Origin: Actinomycetes bacterium | Lineage (GTDB): Bacteria; Actinomycetota; Acidimicrobiia; Acidimicrobiales; RAAP-2 | NCBI GenBank assembly: GCA_021837305.1 | Contig: JAKBGV010000001.1 | Coordinates: 51,129-115,128 of the forward strand | Reading direction: 5' to 3' | Length of the DNA stretch: 64,000 bases | Shown: in pieces, positions 1 through 10,117 of the stretch | Layout: every line of letters begins with the position of its first letter | Position numbering within the stretch: the first letter of the stretch is position 1 | Made by a program: the position numbers and the translations under genes | The notes under the pieces: model-generated | The model's database searches: none | What the model saw: only the letters and a program-made list of their open reading frames with translations | Told to the model about the DNA's origin: nothing

Positions 1-1
1 A

Positions 2-643
2 CTGCTGATCGACCATGGACTGCTCGATGTCACCGACCCAGTCGTGCTGACTGGGGGCGACGAGGTCGCCCAACGTCGTCGCGGAGTCCGAGGACGCCGG
101 CTGGTCGAGGCTCGCGGTCACACCGGCCAGCCCACGCAGGTTGTCGCGCTCCGCCTTGGACATGCCCGTGGCCTCGGTCAACTCCTCATCGGTCGGCTTG
201 CGCGCGAACAGCGAGGTCAACTCGGCCGACGTCGCCTCGAGGCGCTGGAGTTGCTCACCAACCTCGAGCGGGATTCGAATCGTGCGACCGTGCTGTTGGA
301 CGGCACGCTGCAGGGCCTGACGGATCCACCACGTCGCGTAGGTCGAGAACTTGAATCCCCGCTCCCAGTCGAACTTCTCGACGGCGCGCAGGAGTCCGAA
401 CGTGCCCTCTTGGACCAGGTCGATCATCTCCACACCGCGGTCCTGGTACCGGCGGGCCCAGTGCAGGACCAGGCGCAGGTTCGCCGCCACCATCTGCTTC
501 TTCGCCTCTTCGTCGCCCGCGGTAACTCGCTTGGCCAGCTCGACCTGCTCGTCATAGTTCGGCATGGGGTAGCGGTCGAGGTCTCGCATCAGGAGCCCGA
601 GCATGTCGTTCGTGTTCACACTTGATCGCCGGTTCGTGTTCAT
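2..643 (-). CDS. Sigma-70 family RNA polymerase sigma factor (RpoD/SigB-like, no region 1.1), runs off the window start
   Basis: Not in the ORF track (no stop inside the window). Manual translation from ATG 643 gives ANLRLVLHWARRY..DLVQEGTFGLLRAVEKFDWERGFKFSTYATWWIRQALQRA..RTIRIP (sigma-70 region 2). GAGGAG RBS upstream. Confidence 0.92.
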   Translation of the reverse strand, partial: MNTNRRSSVNTNDMLGLLMRDLDRYPMPNYDEQVELAKRVTAGDEEAKKQMVAANLRLVLHWARRYQDRGVEMIDLVQEGTFGLLRAVEKFDWERGFKFSTYATWWIRQALQRAVQQHGRTIRIPLEVGEQLQRLEATSAELTSLFARKPTDEELTEATGMSKAERDNLRGLAGVTASLDQPASSDSATTLGDLVAPSQHDWVGDIEQSMVDQQ

Positions 644-883
644 CGCAGCTCCTCGTCGCATTCCCAACACGTATGCGGGTGGGACATTTCTCCTACCAAC
701 GCATAACTAATTTACCACAGCGGTAAACCCGTTACGGCGAAAGTTATTCCCGGACCTGCAACCCTGGATCAGGACAGGGTGAGAAAATCGTAAGTTTCCA
801 ACGGTTTTTGCGTAGTCGCAATCACCGACCGCCGTCTCCAACGTCTCGGATCCACGAGAAGGCGACAGCGGACCGTGCGGCGC

Positions 884-1333
884 CTAGGCCGAATGGGTCC
901 GTCGGGCCGGCTGGACGCCTCGCGCCTGGAGCACCATGTCGGCCAGGGTGTAACTGGCGAGGTGCTCACGCATGTGACTGCCGACGTCGGCCCACACCCC
1001 GAGTAGGACGCACTGTCCCTCGTGGTCACAGGCACCGTCCTGGTGAGGTTGGCCGAAGTCGCCCGCGACGATCGGTCCGTCCACGGCGGCGACCACCTCG
1101 GCCAGGGTGATCGATTCAGCCGTCCGAGCCAGGACGTAGCCACCGCCGACACCGCGTTTAGATCGCACGAGCCCGACCCCTTTTAGCGCCAAGAGGATCT
1201 GCTCGAGGTATGGCTGGGGCAGTCCGGTACGCTGGGCCAGGTCTCGAACCGAGGTTGGGCGAGACGGATCGTCGTGGAGCGCGAGGCTGAGAAGCGCTCG
1301 GCTCGCGTAGTCACCCCGCGTCGATACCCTCAC
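884..1333 (-). CDS. Rrf2 family transcriptional regulator
   Basis: VSTRGDYASRAL..YLEQILLALK..VRSKRGVGGGYVLA..ITLAEVV signature; C-x5-C in the C-terminal part; GTG start 6 nt after a TACACT -10 box. Confidence 0.92.
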   Translation of the reverse strand: MRVSTRGDYASRALLSLALHDDPSRPTSVRDLAQRTGLPQPYLEQILLALKGVGLVRSKRGVGGGYVLARTAESITLAEVVAAVDGPIVAGDFGQPHQDGACDHEGQCVLLGVWADVGSHMREHLASYTLADMVLQARGVQPARRTHSA

Positions 1334-1404
1334 GCCCTCAGTGTAGTGAGGTGCGTCCCGCGGCGTTGTGGTCACCCGCGGCCACACTCTGGCAGACTAC
1401 AAGG

Positions 1405-1887
1405 GTGCAAGACGAGCAAAAAGAGAACGTGACCGTCGATCCGGACTCGGTGCTGCCGCCCGGTCAGACCGAGGAGGAATCGGCGGAGGCGACTGATTTC
1501 ATCAGCCAGCCGGCCAAGGTGATGCGCATCGGCGCGATGGTGAAAACCCTGCTGGACGAGGCGCGCAGCGCCCCCCTCGACGAGCCCGGTCGGACCCGGC
1601 TGCGCGAGATCTACGAGCTCTCCATCCACGAGCTCTCCGGCGCGCTGTCCTCGGACCTCGGTGACGAGTTGGCGCGCATGGCGTTGCCCTTCACCGCCGA
1701 CGTTCCCACCGAGTCCGAGTTGCGCATCGCCCAGGCGCAGTTGGTCGGATGGCTCGAGGGCCTCTTCCACGGCATCCAGGCCTCGCTCTTCGCCCAACAG
1801 GCGGCGGCCGCGGCGCAGTTGGAGAAGATGCGCGAGCGTTCGCTCAACCCCGGATCGCCCGAACCGCGCGCCGGCACGTATCTCTGA
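1405..1887 (+). CDS. bpa: Bacterial proteasome activator (Bpa/PafE)
   Basis: PAKVMRIG..ELRIAQAQLVGWLEGLFHGIQ motif and C-terminal HbYX tail GTYL. Confidence 0.9.
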   Translation: MQDEQKENVTVDPDSVLPPGQTEEESAEATDFISQPAKVMRIGAMVKTLLDEARSAPLDEPGRTRLREIYELSIHELSGALSSDLGDELARMALPFTADVPTESELRIAQAQLVGWLEGLFHGIQASLFAQQAAAAAQLEKMRERSLNPGSPEPRAGTYL

Positions 1888-1940
1888 GCGGGTGTCGACC
1901 ACGAGGGGGCACGAAGGACCGGAAAGGACGCTGAGCAGTC

Positions 1941-4900
1941 ATGGTTGACGGTTTCGTCCACCTGCACAACCACACCGAGTACTCGATGCTCGACGGTGCG
2001 GCGCGTGTCGACGACCTCATCCAGGCGGCGCTCGACGACGGCCAACGGGCGATTGGGATCACCGACCACGGCAACCTCTACGGCGTCATCGACTTCTATC
2101 AGACGGCCCGAAAGTACGGGGTGACACCGGTGATCGGGCTCGAGGCCTACATGGCCGCGAACTCGCGTTTCGACCGTCCACCGCGGCGCGGCAAGATCGA
2201 TGACACCGGTGGCGACACCGAAGGCGGTCAGAAGCTCTACCACCACCTCACCTTGCTCGCGGTGTCCAACGACGGCTATCGGAACCTTCGATCACTGTCA
2301 TCCCTGGCCTTCCTCGAGGGGTACTACTACAAGCCCCGCCTCGACTGGGACCTGTTGGAACGCTACGCCGGGGGCCTCGTCGCGACCTCGGGCTGCCTCG
2401 GGGGCGTCGTGCTCCAGGCGCTGCTCCAGGACGACTACGTGCGGGCCAAGGAGCTCGCTGGGCGCCTCCAGACGATCTTTGGGCGCGAGAACTTCTTCAT
2501 CGAGCTCCAGGACCACGGGATGCCCGAACAGGCGCGGACCAATCCCCAGCTGCTTTCCATCGCCACCGAGATCGGCGCGCCCCTGCTCGCGACCAACGAC
2601 CTGCACTACGTACGCCACGGCGACGCCGAGATGCACGACGCGCTGCTCTGCATCGGGACCGGCTCGCTCGTCGCCGATCCCAACCGGTTCCGCTTCTCGA
2701 GTGACCAGCACTACCTCAAGTCGGCCGCGGAGATGCGCTACCTGTTCCGCGATCATCCGCAAGCCTGTGACAACACGCTCCTGATCGCCGAACGCGCCGA
2801 CGTCACGATCGAGTTCGACAACGACGCGTTGCCCCAGTACCCGATCCCGACGGAGTTCAGTGGGGGGACCCACAAGGACGAGGCGAACCGGTTCCTGCGC
2901 GAGCTGACGTTGCGTGGCGCGGCGGAGCGCTATGGCGAGCTCAACGACGAGGTGCGCCACCGGCTCGATTACGAGTTAGGCGTCATCGCGGAGATGGGGT
3001 TCTCGGACTACTTCCTCGTGGTCTGGGACCTGATCCGCCACGCGCGCGAGCAGGGGATCCGCGTCGGCCCCGGACGGGGATCGGCCGCGGGTTGCTGCGT
3101 GGCGTACTGCCTGCGGATCGTGGACCTCGACCCGATCCGCTACGGACTCATTTTCGAACGGTTCCTCAACCCGGGCCGCCGGCAGATGCCCGATATCGAC
3201 ATGGACTTCGACGAGCGCTACCGGGGCGACATGATCCGCTACGCGGCCGAGCGGTACGGTCCGGACCACGTGGCCCAGATCATCACCTTCTCGACCATCA
3301 AGGCTCGAGCCGCCGTGCGTGATGCGGCACGCGTGCTCGGCTATCCACCCCAGCTCGGGGACAAGATCGCCAAAGCCATGCCGCCGCTCGTGATGGGCCA
3401 GGACCTACCCCTCGAGGCCTGCTTCACTCCGACGCCGGGCTACGAGAGCCGTTACGCGGAGGCCGCGGACCTGCGAGCCCTTTACGAGACCGACGGTGAG
3501 GTCCAGCACGTCGTGGACGTCGCCAAGGGCTTCGTCGACAAGCGCCGCCAGGACGGCATCCACGCCGCCGCGGTGGTGATCACGAAGGACCCGGTACTCG
3601 ACTACGTGCCGATCCAGCGTAAGTCGAGCCCCAACGGCTCGCTGGACGACGCACCGATCGTCACGCAATACGAAGCGACGGCCATCGAGAAGCTCGGTCT
3701 GCTGAAGATGGACTTCCTCGGGCTGCGAAACCTCGCGATCATCGAGCGCGCCCTCGAACACGTGAAGCGTCGCACCGGCGAGGACGTGGACATCGACCAC
3801 GTGGCGCTTGACGACCCCAAGGTCTACGAGATGCTGCGCCACGGGGACTCGATCGGGATTTTCCAGCTCGAGGGCGACAAGATGCGCCAGCTCATGCGCC
3901 GTCTCGCCCCGACGAGTTTCGATGACATCGCAGCGCTCGTGGCGCTCTATCGTCCGGGGCCGCTGAGCGAGAATGTCCACAACGACTACGCCGACCGTAA
4001 GAACCACCGTCAGGAGGTTCGCTACGATCACCCGGACCTCGAGGAGATCCTGCGCGAGACCTACGGGTTGATGATCTACCAAGAGGACATCATGCGGGTC
4101 GCCACGCGTATCGCGGGCTTCTCCATGACCGAGGCCGACGACCTACGCAAGGCCTGTTCGAAGAAGATCCGCGAGATGATCCAGGCCCAGCGCGCGAAGT
4201 TCGTCGACGGCGCCGAGCGGATGGGTTACGGCCGAGACCTCGGTGAGGCCATCTTCAACAAGATCGAACCCTTCGCCGACTACGCCTTCAACAAGAGTCA
4301 CGCGTACGGCTACGCCTTGATCGCCTACCAGAACGCCTGGCTGAAGGCCAACTACCCGGTGGAGTACATGGCCGCCCTGTTGACGTCGTTCCGTGACGAC
4401 AAGGACAAGGCGGCGATCTATCTCAATGAGGCCCGTCAGATGGGCATCACGGTGGGTGTGCCCGACGTGAACGAGTCCCTCGCCGACTACGCCCCGAGTC
4501 AGCGCGCCCCGATGACGATCCTCTTCGGCATGGCGGCGGTACGTAACGTCGGCGAAGCCCTCGTCGAGAAGATCGTCGGCGAGCGCGAGGCCGGCGGGCC
4601 GTTCGCCTCGGTGTACGACTTCGTGCGTCGCGTCGACCCCGCAGTCCTCAATCGCCGGACGATGGAGTCCCTGATCAAGGCGGGCACGTTCGACTCGTTG
4701 GGGGTGTCGCGCATGGGTCTGCTGCTCGCCGCGGACGAATTGATCGAGGTGACCCTGAGTCGACGCAAGGATCTGTCGCTCGGCATCTCGACGCTGTTCG
4801 CCTCGCTCAGTGACTCGACTGGCGGGGGGGACTGGGAGGGCACCGAACCACCCATCAGTCCGGTCGAGTTCGACCAAGCCGTGAAACTCGACTTTGAACG

Positions 4901-5501
4901 AGAGATGCTCGGGACCTACATCTCGGACCACCCGCTCTACGCGGTAGCCGACGTCCTCGCGGCCAAGACCGACGGCTCGATCGTGGTGATTCGCGAGCGA
5001 GCCGAAGAGCTGGCCCGCCTCAACCGACCGGTGACCATCGGCGGGATCCTGGCCGAGGTGCAGATCCGAACGACCAAGTCCGGACACCAGTACGCCCGGG
5101 TCGTGCTCGAAGACCTCGGCGGCGCGCTCGAGATCATCCTGTCGGCGCGCAAGTTCGAAGAGTGCAGCGGTTTCCTCGCCAAGGACAACATCGTGCTCGT
5201 CAAGGGCCGTATCGACGTGCGCGATGAGGAGATCCGGTTCAACGTGCTCGACCTCACCGCGCTGCCACGTGGCCGCGACGACGGTGAGCTACGCCTAGCC
5301 CTTCGAAGTGAGGACCTCACCTCGCAGTCGATCGCGGCGCTGCGTGAAATCCTCACGCGCTACCCCGGTAAATCGACGGTGATCGTCGAGACGGGCGAAT
5401 CGGGCAAGGCCTTTAAGCTCGGTCCCGAGTTCAACGTGAACATCGCTGGTGTCGTCGGTGATCTCCGCTCGGAATTCGGCCGGAACGTCATTAAGGCCTA
5501 G
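1941..5501 (+). CDS. dnaE: DNA polymerase III alpha subunit
   Basis: PHP domain FVHLHNHTEYSMLDG, GRGSAAG, PDIDMDF catalytic motif, YAFNKSH, C-terminal OB fold. Confidence 0.98.
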   Translation: MVDGFVHLHNHTEYSMLDGAARVDDLIQAALDDGQRAIGITDHGNLYGVIDFYQTARKYGVTPVIGLEAYMAANSRFDRPPRRGKIDDTGGDTEGGQKLYHHLTLLAVSNDGYRNLRSLSSLAFLEGYYYKPRLDWDLLERYAGGLVATSGCLGGVVLQALLQDDYVRAKELAGRLQTIFGRENFFIELQDHGMPEQARTNPQLLSIATEIGAPLLATNDLHYVRHGDAEMHDALLCIGTGSLVADPNRFRFSSDQHYLKSAAEMRYLFRDHPQACDNTLLIAERADVTIEFDNDALPQYPIPTEFSGGTHKDEANRFLRELTLRGAAERYGELNDEVRHRLDYELGVIAEMGFSDYFLVVWDLIRHAREQGIRVGPGRGSAAGCCVAYCLRIVDLDPIRYGLIFERFLNPGRRQMPDIDMDFDERYRGDMIRYAAERYGPDHVAQIITFSTIKARAAVRDAARVLGYPPQLGDKIAKAMPPLVMGQDLPLEACFTPTPGYESRYAEAADLRALYETDGEVQHVVDVAKGFVDKRRQDGIHAAAVVITKDPVLDYVPIQRKSSPNGSLDDAPIVTQYEATAIEKLGLLKMDFLGLRNLAIIERALEHVKRRTGEDVDIDHVALDDPKVYEMLRHGDSIGIFQLEGDKMRQLMRRLAPTSFDDIAALVALYRPGPLSENVHNDYADRKNHRQEVRYDHPDLEEILRETYGLMIYQEDIMRVATRIAGFSMTEADDLRKACSKKIREMIQAQRAKFVDGAERMGYGRDLGEAIFNKIEPFADYAFNKSHAYGYALIAYQNAWLKANYPVEYMAALLTSFRDDKDKAAIYLNEARQMGITVGVPDVNESLADYAPSQRAPMTILFGMAAVRNVGEALVEKIVGEREAGGPFASVYDFVRRVDPAVLNRRTMESLIKAGTFDSLGVSRMGLLLAADELIEVTLSRRKDLSLGISTLFASLSDSTGGGDWEGTEPPISPVEFDQAVKLDFEREMLGTYISDHPLYAVADVLAAKTDGSIVVIRERAEELARLNRPVTIGGILAEVQIRTTKSGHQYARVVLEDLGGALEIILSARKFEECSGFLAKDNIVLVKGRIDVRDEEIRFNVLDLTALPRGRDDGELRLALRSEDLTSQSIAALREILTRYPGKSTVIVETGESGKAFKLGPEFNVNIAGVVGDLRSEFGRNVIKA

Positions 5502-5542
5502 GCGTATTGGCCGGTGACCAAAGTCCCGTAGAATAGACAGTT

Positions 5543-6214
5543 ATGGCGATGATTGTGACGACAAAGGACACGACGGCCCTGAGCGACGCTGAATTGGCCG
5601 AGATGGCCGATCTCTGCGTCGACCGTGAACCGAATTTCGACATCGGCTTCCTGTCGAAGCAGCGTGAGGAGTGGGTGCTGGTCACCCACGCCCGCGAGGG
5701 ATCCAAGCTACGGGGTTACTCGTTCAGCACCCTGGAGCGGATCGGTGGCACCCCATCGCTGCTAGTCGGACTGCTCCTGGTTGATCGCAACGCGAAGTCG
5801 GATCAGACGTTGCGATCGATTCTGCACGATCAGTTTCGCCGGGCGCTGCTGGCCTTTCCCGACGAGGACGTCTTGCTCGGCGCGCGCCTGACCTCGCCCG
5901 ACGGGTTCCGCGCGTTCGCGGGCCTCGAGGACATCGTGCCGCGCAAGGGCTACAAGCCAACCGGCGAGGACCGCGCGTGGGGTCGGCGACTGGCCAAGCG
6001 CTTCGGCGCCGAGAAGGCCATCGATGATCACACCTTCGTGATGACGGTCCCATCGGGACCCGTCGGCTGTCTCGACTACGTGGCCGCCAAGGGGGCCATC
6101 CCCGACGGGGCCGACGAGTTCTTCGCGGACTTGTGCCCCGAGGCCGGTCAACGGCTTGTCGCCTTCGGCTGGGCGATGGCGGAATCACTCGCGTCGGGCA
6201 AACTGCCCCGCTAG
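5543..6214 (+). CDS. Hypothetical protein (possible GNAT-like fold)
   Basis: 223-aa ORF with host-like codon usage and TAGAAT -10 box just upstream; no diagnostic motif. Confidence 0.7.
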   Translation: MAMIVTTKDTTALSDAELAEMADLCVDREPNFDIGFLSKQREEWVLVTHAREGSKLRGYSFSTLERIGGTPSLLVGLLLVDRNAKSDQTLRSILHDQFRRALLAFPDEDVLLGARLTSPDGFRAFAGLEDIVPRKGYKPTGEDRAWGRRLAKRFGAEKAIDDHTFVMTVPSGPVGCLDYVAAKGAIPDGADEFFADLCPEAGQRLVAFGWAMAESLASGKLPR

Positions 6215-6230
6215 CGCGTAAACGGATCCA

Positions 6231-6950
6231 CTAACCCCGGGGCAGTAGTCCCGTGCAGCTCTTGTAACAGTGGCCGTCCACGGGACGTGACAGTGTGGTC
6301 AGCACGTAGGTGGGCCGAAACCCGAGCGACGTCGCGAGGTCCTTGCCTGCGAGGGACGACCGGCGCGTCGCCTCCATGGTGCGGATGGCGTGGCTGTCCT
6401 CACAGACGAGCCAGACGTCATCGCCGAACCACCCGAAGCGCACCCACGTCGAACCGTCGTCGTGACGGCGCAGCAACTGCGGTCCCCGATCAGCGGCGAT
6501 CAGTGCGACGCTCGGTCGTTCCCCGCGAAACTCCCAGTACGGGGCGCTCGGGCCACGGAAGCCGAACAACGGGCCGTCAGCGGGCGTCGCCAGCTCTTCG
6601 AGCCAGTGGCGGATGTGTCGGCCCCGATAGGACCCGAGGCGTCGAGGCAGGTCGGCGATGGTGACGGCCTCTGGTTGGGCGAGGTCGGTGCGCTCGATGT
6701 CGCCCGCCAATTGTCCTTCGACGACGTCGAACGTGACCAGGTCGGTCTCGACACCCCTCGGCCAGGGGATGCGCCAGCGAACGATGGTGTGCGAGGCGAG
6801 GTCCATCACCGTGGTGGTCTCGTTGGTCGAGCCCAGGACGAGACCGAACATCGTCGAGTTTGGTGAGAGGTCGACGGTCGGGTGGTGCACCATGCGCTCG
6901 ACGAGCTGCTTGATGGCCCGAACGGCCGGGTCGCGGGAGAGCAGCGCCAT
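6231..6950 (-). CDS. Hypothetical protein
   Basis: ATG at 6950 overlaps the TGA of the upstream gene (TGATG coupling); protein-like composition. Confidence 0.7.
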   Translation of the reverse strand: MALLSRDPAVRAIKQLVERMVHHPTVDLSPNSTMFGLVLGSTNETTTVMDLASHTIVRWRIPWPRGVETDLVTFDVVEGQLAGDIERTDLAQPEAVTIADLPRRLGSYRGRHIRHWLEELATPADGPLFGFRGPSAPYWEFRGERPSVALIAADRGPQLLRRHDDGSTWVRFGWFGDDVWLVCEDSHAIRTMEATRRSSLAGKDLATSLGFRPTYVLTTLSRPVDGHCYKSCTGLLPRG

Positions 6951-8935
6951 CAGCGAATCGCGCGGAGTTGATCGTCGAGTTGGTCGACGGTGCGAACCGG
7001 TGCGAGACACACGCCTCGCCGACAGACGTAGGCCCGCCCGGGCTCGCGTCCAACGAGCAATGGCGAGGAACCCGACCCGGTGACGAGAACGGCGTGTGGC
7101 ATGGACATCAATCGTACGTGACGGCTGAGGGGGTTCTCGGGTCCCGGGATGACGACCTCGACCCCGTCGAGGGCGAAACCGGCGGCGTCCACCAGATCGG
7201 GGACGCTGGACGGGTGATTGGCCAAAAGGTTGCCGGCGACCTCGACGAGTCGTTGGGCGGCCCCAAGGAAATCAGCGCGTTCGTCGATAAGGCCGAGCCG
7301 GGCCAGCGCGCGGGTCGCCACGGCGTGGCCCGACGGGGTGGCTCCGTCGAAGAGCCCCTTGGCGCGTACCAGGACGTCCGTGACCAGGTCGCTCGAATCG
7401 TAGAGCCCGTTGCCCATGACCGGGCCATCGCGGGTCGGCAGAGGTCCGTCCCAGTAGTGGGTGAGGAGGTAGGTCGCGTCGTCACGGGCCTGTTCGAGCC
7501 ACGAATCGCTCCCGTTCACCTCGAACGCGTCGAGTTCAGCGTCGACGAGCCACGCGAGATCGCTCGTCGTGGCGTGCGCCGCGCGTTGCCCGACTCGGAA
7601 CCACATCCCGTCGACCAGGTGCGTCACGCGAAGCGACTCGAGCAGGGCCTGTCCGTCGGCGATGAGGTCGGCGTCGCCGGTCGCGAATAGGGCGCGCGCC
7701 ACCATGGCGTTCCACTCGAGCACGACCTTGTCATCGCGTGACGGTTGGGGGCGCCGTCGGCGCGCAATCTGGAGGGCGCGGTGGGCGGCGTCGAGGTGTG
7801 CGGGGGTCGCGAACGACTCACCGGGGGCCAGGGCGGGAACCGAGCGTCCGTCGAGGTCACCGGTGGGGGTGATCTGCCACCGTCGCATGACGGCATCGCT
7901 GAGGTGGGCCAAACCCGCTTCCTCGAGCACCGAGTTCACCTCGTCCGGTGTCCAGGTGATGTGCGAGCCCTCGATACCCGCTGCGTCGGCGTCGAGAGAG
8001 GACGCGTAGCCGTCGGGGGTTGCGAGCTCACGTTGAACGAAGTGCAGGGTCTGAAGCGCGACGTCGCGCCACTCGTCGTCCGCGGTGACCCGGTGGGCCC
8101 GCAAGTAGCAGAGCGCGAGCAGTGCCTGGTCACTCAGCATCTTCTCGAAGTGCGGCACGCGCCATCGATCGTCGACACTGTAACGAGCGAAGCCGCCGCC
8201 GAAGTGGTCGTAGAGCCCGCCGTGAGACATCGCTCGCAGAGTCCGTGTCGCGGCCTGACGCGGGGCCACGTCATCGCTGTCCAGGAGAGCGTCAACGTAG
8301 CTCGGGCGCGGGAACTTGGGGGCGTGACCGAAGCCGCCGTGCTCATCAACCCGTGACGAGAGCTCGTCGCGCAGCCGGCGACGAATCGACGCGAGGTCGA
8401 GGCGCTCGCTGGACTCAGTGAGGTGATCAATGAACGAGACTTCACGTCGAAGCGCGGCGGCGAGTTGATCCGCTTGGTCGGTGACCAGGGTCCGCTTATC
8501 GGTCCAGGCGTCGTGCACCGCTCGCAGGAGCCTGGGGAACCCGACTGTTCCGGCGCGGTCGGCGGGTGGATAGTAGGTCCCAGCGAGGAAGGGGCGTCCA
8601 TCGGGCGTGAGGAAGACGGACATCGGCCAACCTCCCTGTCCCGTGACCAGCTGGGTCGCGGTCATGTAGATCGTGTCGAGGTCAGGGCGTTCCTCTCGGT
8701 CGACCTTGATGGCGATGAAATGCTCGTTGAGGAACTCGGCGATAGCGAGGTCTTCGAACGACTCGTGGGCCATGACGTGACACCAGTGACAGGCGGCGTA
8801 CCCGATGGAGAGGAAGATCGGCCGATCGAGTTCGCGGGCGATTTCGAGCGCGTCGGGGCCCCACGGCCACCAGTCAACGGGATTGTCGGCGTGTTGTCGC
8901 AGGTACGCCGAGGTCGACAAGGCCAATCGATTCAT
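6950..8935 (-). CDS. Thioredoxin-domain protein, YyaL/SSP411 (DUF255) family
   Basis: MNRL..SAYLRQHADNPVDW, CHWCHVMAHESFED, KVDREERPD, GGWPMSVFLTP, PHFEKML. Confidence 0.95.
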   Translation of the reverse strand: MNRLALSTSAYLRQHADNPVDWWPWGPDALEIARELDRPIFLSIGYAACHWCHVMAHESFEDLAIAEFLNEHFIAIKVDREERPDLDTIYMTATQLVTGQGGWPMSVFLTPDGRPFLAGTYYPPADRAGTVGFPRLLRAVHDAWTDKRTLVTDQADQLAAALRREVSFIDHLTESSERLDLASIRRRLRDELSSRVDEHGGFGHAPKFPRPSYVDALLDSDDVAPRQAATRTLRAMSHGGLYDHFGGGFARYSVDDRWRVPHFEKMLSDQALLALCYLRAHRVTADDEWRDVALQTLHFVQRELATPDGYASSLDADAAGIEGSHITWTPDEVNSVLEEAGLAHLSDAVMRRWQITPTGDLDGRSVPALAPGESFATPAHLDAAHRALQIARRRRPQPSRDDKVVLEWNAMVARALFATGDADLIADGQALLESLRVTHLVDGMWFRVGQRAAHATTSDLAWLVDAELDAFEVNGSDSWLEQARDDATYLLTHYWDGPLPTRDGPVMGNGLYDSSDLVTDVLVRAKGLFDGATPSGHAVATRALARLGLIDERADFLGAAQRLVEVAGNLLANHPSSVPDLVDAAGFALDGVEVVIPGPENPLSRHVRLMSMPHAVLVTGSGSSPLLVGREPGRAYVCRRGVCLAPVRTVDQLDDQLRAIR

Positions 8936-8952
8936 GGCGAGATGCTACGGGT

Positions 8953-9942
8953 CTACTTCGGCGAGTCGGTCCGGCGTGGTGTTGTGAGCCACCGCCATGA
9001 CGGGTCATCGCCGAGGTCGACCCGCGTCGGCGGGAGCGCCCCGCGGCGTTCACAGGTGATCGCGGCGATCGTCATCGCGGCGGTCAGTGCATCGTTGACC
9101 GCGTCGTGCTCACTCAGGGCAAGGCGACCGAGGTGGTGTCCGACCCACCACGATAGGAATCCGCCCACCAACGCATCACCGGCACCAATGGTGTCGACGA
9201 CGGATCGGACGTCGACGGGGAACTCGGACAGTCCACGGGGCCCGAGAAGTCGAATCGGCCGCACGCCATCGGTGACGATGATCCACGGGACACCGCGTTC
9301 GGCGATGGCGTGCGCGACCTCAAGGTGGTCGCGATCGGGATCGATGAATGCGAGATCTTCGACACTGACCTTGACGACATCGGCGCGATTGAACAGTTCG
9401 TCGAGCCGTGATCGGTAGCGCTCCGGGTCGTACGTCGCGCTCGGGCGGCAGTTCGGGTCAACGACGACCATCGTGGCGGGGTCGGTAGCGGCCACCAACG
9501 CGAGCGCGACACTGGCCATGGGTTCGACGACGAGCCCGAGCGTGCCGACGTATAGCGCGGTCGGGGTCGGGAGCGAGCGATATAGCGCGAGAGTGGTGTC
9601 AGTGTCGATCTCGAAGGCCGCGGTGTCGGCGAGGTAGAAGGTATAGGACGTCGAGCCCCCGCGTGAATCCGCCACGGCGAGCGTGGTCGGTTTCGTCGAA
9701 GGTCGACCAAACGCGATGATTACGCCGTCCTCGAGTAGTGCATCGCGGACTTGGATGCCAAACCGGTCGTTCGCGACGCCACTGAAGAACTGGGGCGAGA
9801 GTCCGAGCCGCGCGATCGTGCGCGCGACCGTAAACGGGCCACCGCCCAGGTTTAGCGTGGGACCCTCGTCGCCGACGACGACGTCGATGAGGTTCTCGCC
9901 GAGCACGACGACCGTACCGCTCGAAGCGTTACCGGGCTTCAC
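8953..9942 (-). CDS. PfkB family carbohydrate kinase (fructokinase-like)
   Basis: GENLID, GGGPF, DPNCRP, VVDTIGAGDA PfkB signature. Confidence 0.92.
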   Translation of the reverse strand: MKPGNASSGTVVVLGENLIDVVVGDEGPTLNLGGGPFTVARTIARLGLSPQFFSGVANDRFGIQVRDALLEDGVIIAFGRPSTKPTTLAVADSRGGSTSYTFYLADTAAFEIDTDTTLALYRSLPTPTALYVGTLGLVVEPMASVALALVAATDPATMVVVDPNCRPSATYDPERYRSRLDELFNRADVVKVSVEDLAFIDPDRDHLEVAHAIAERGVPWIIVTDGVRPIRLLGPRGLSEFPVDVRSVVDTIGAGDALVGGFLSWWVGHHLGRLALSEHDAVNDALTAAMTIAAITCERRGALPPTRVDLGDDPSWRWLTTPRRTDSPK

Positions 9943-10117
9943 GCTGTCCTCGTCAAGAGCACCTCTGGTGTTGAAGGAGTGTTGTCAGCGTAGATGTCGA
10001 CGACGCGGTCGGCGTCGTTCGTTCATGATGTCACCCCGGGGCCCGCTGTGACGAGCGACGTGATTCGACTCGATACCATCGGTCGTGGCGAGTCCGCCGG
10101 TGATCTGAGGAGAAGAC

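Noticed and set aside
44-625. 193-aa plus-strand ORF, and the many long antisense ORFs over dnaE, carB, ctaD, aroB and others
   Set aside because: Shadow ORFs typical of high-GC DNA; the opposite strand carries the recognisable gene.
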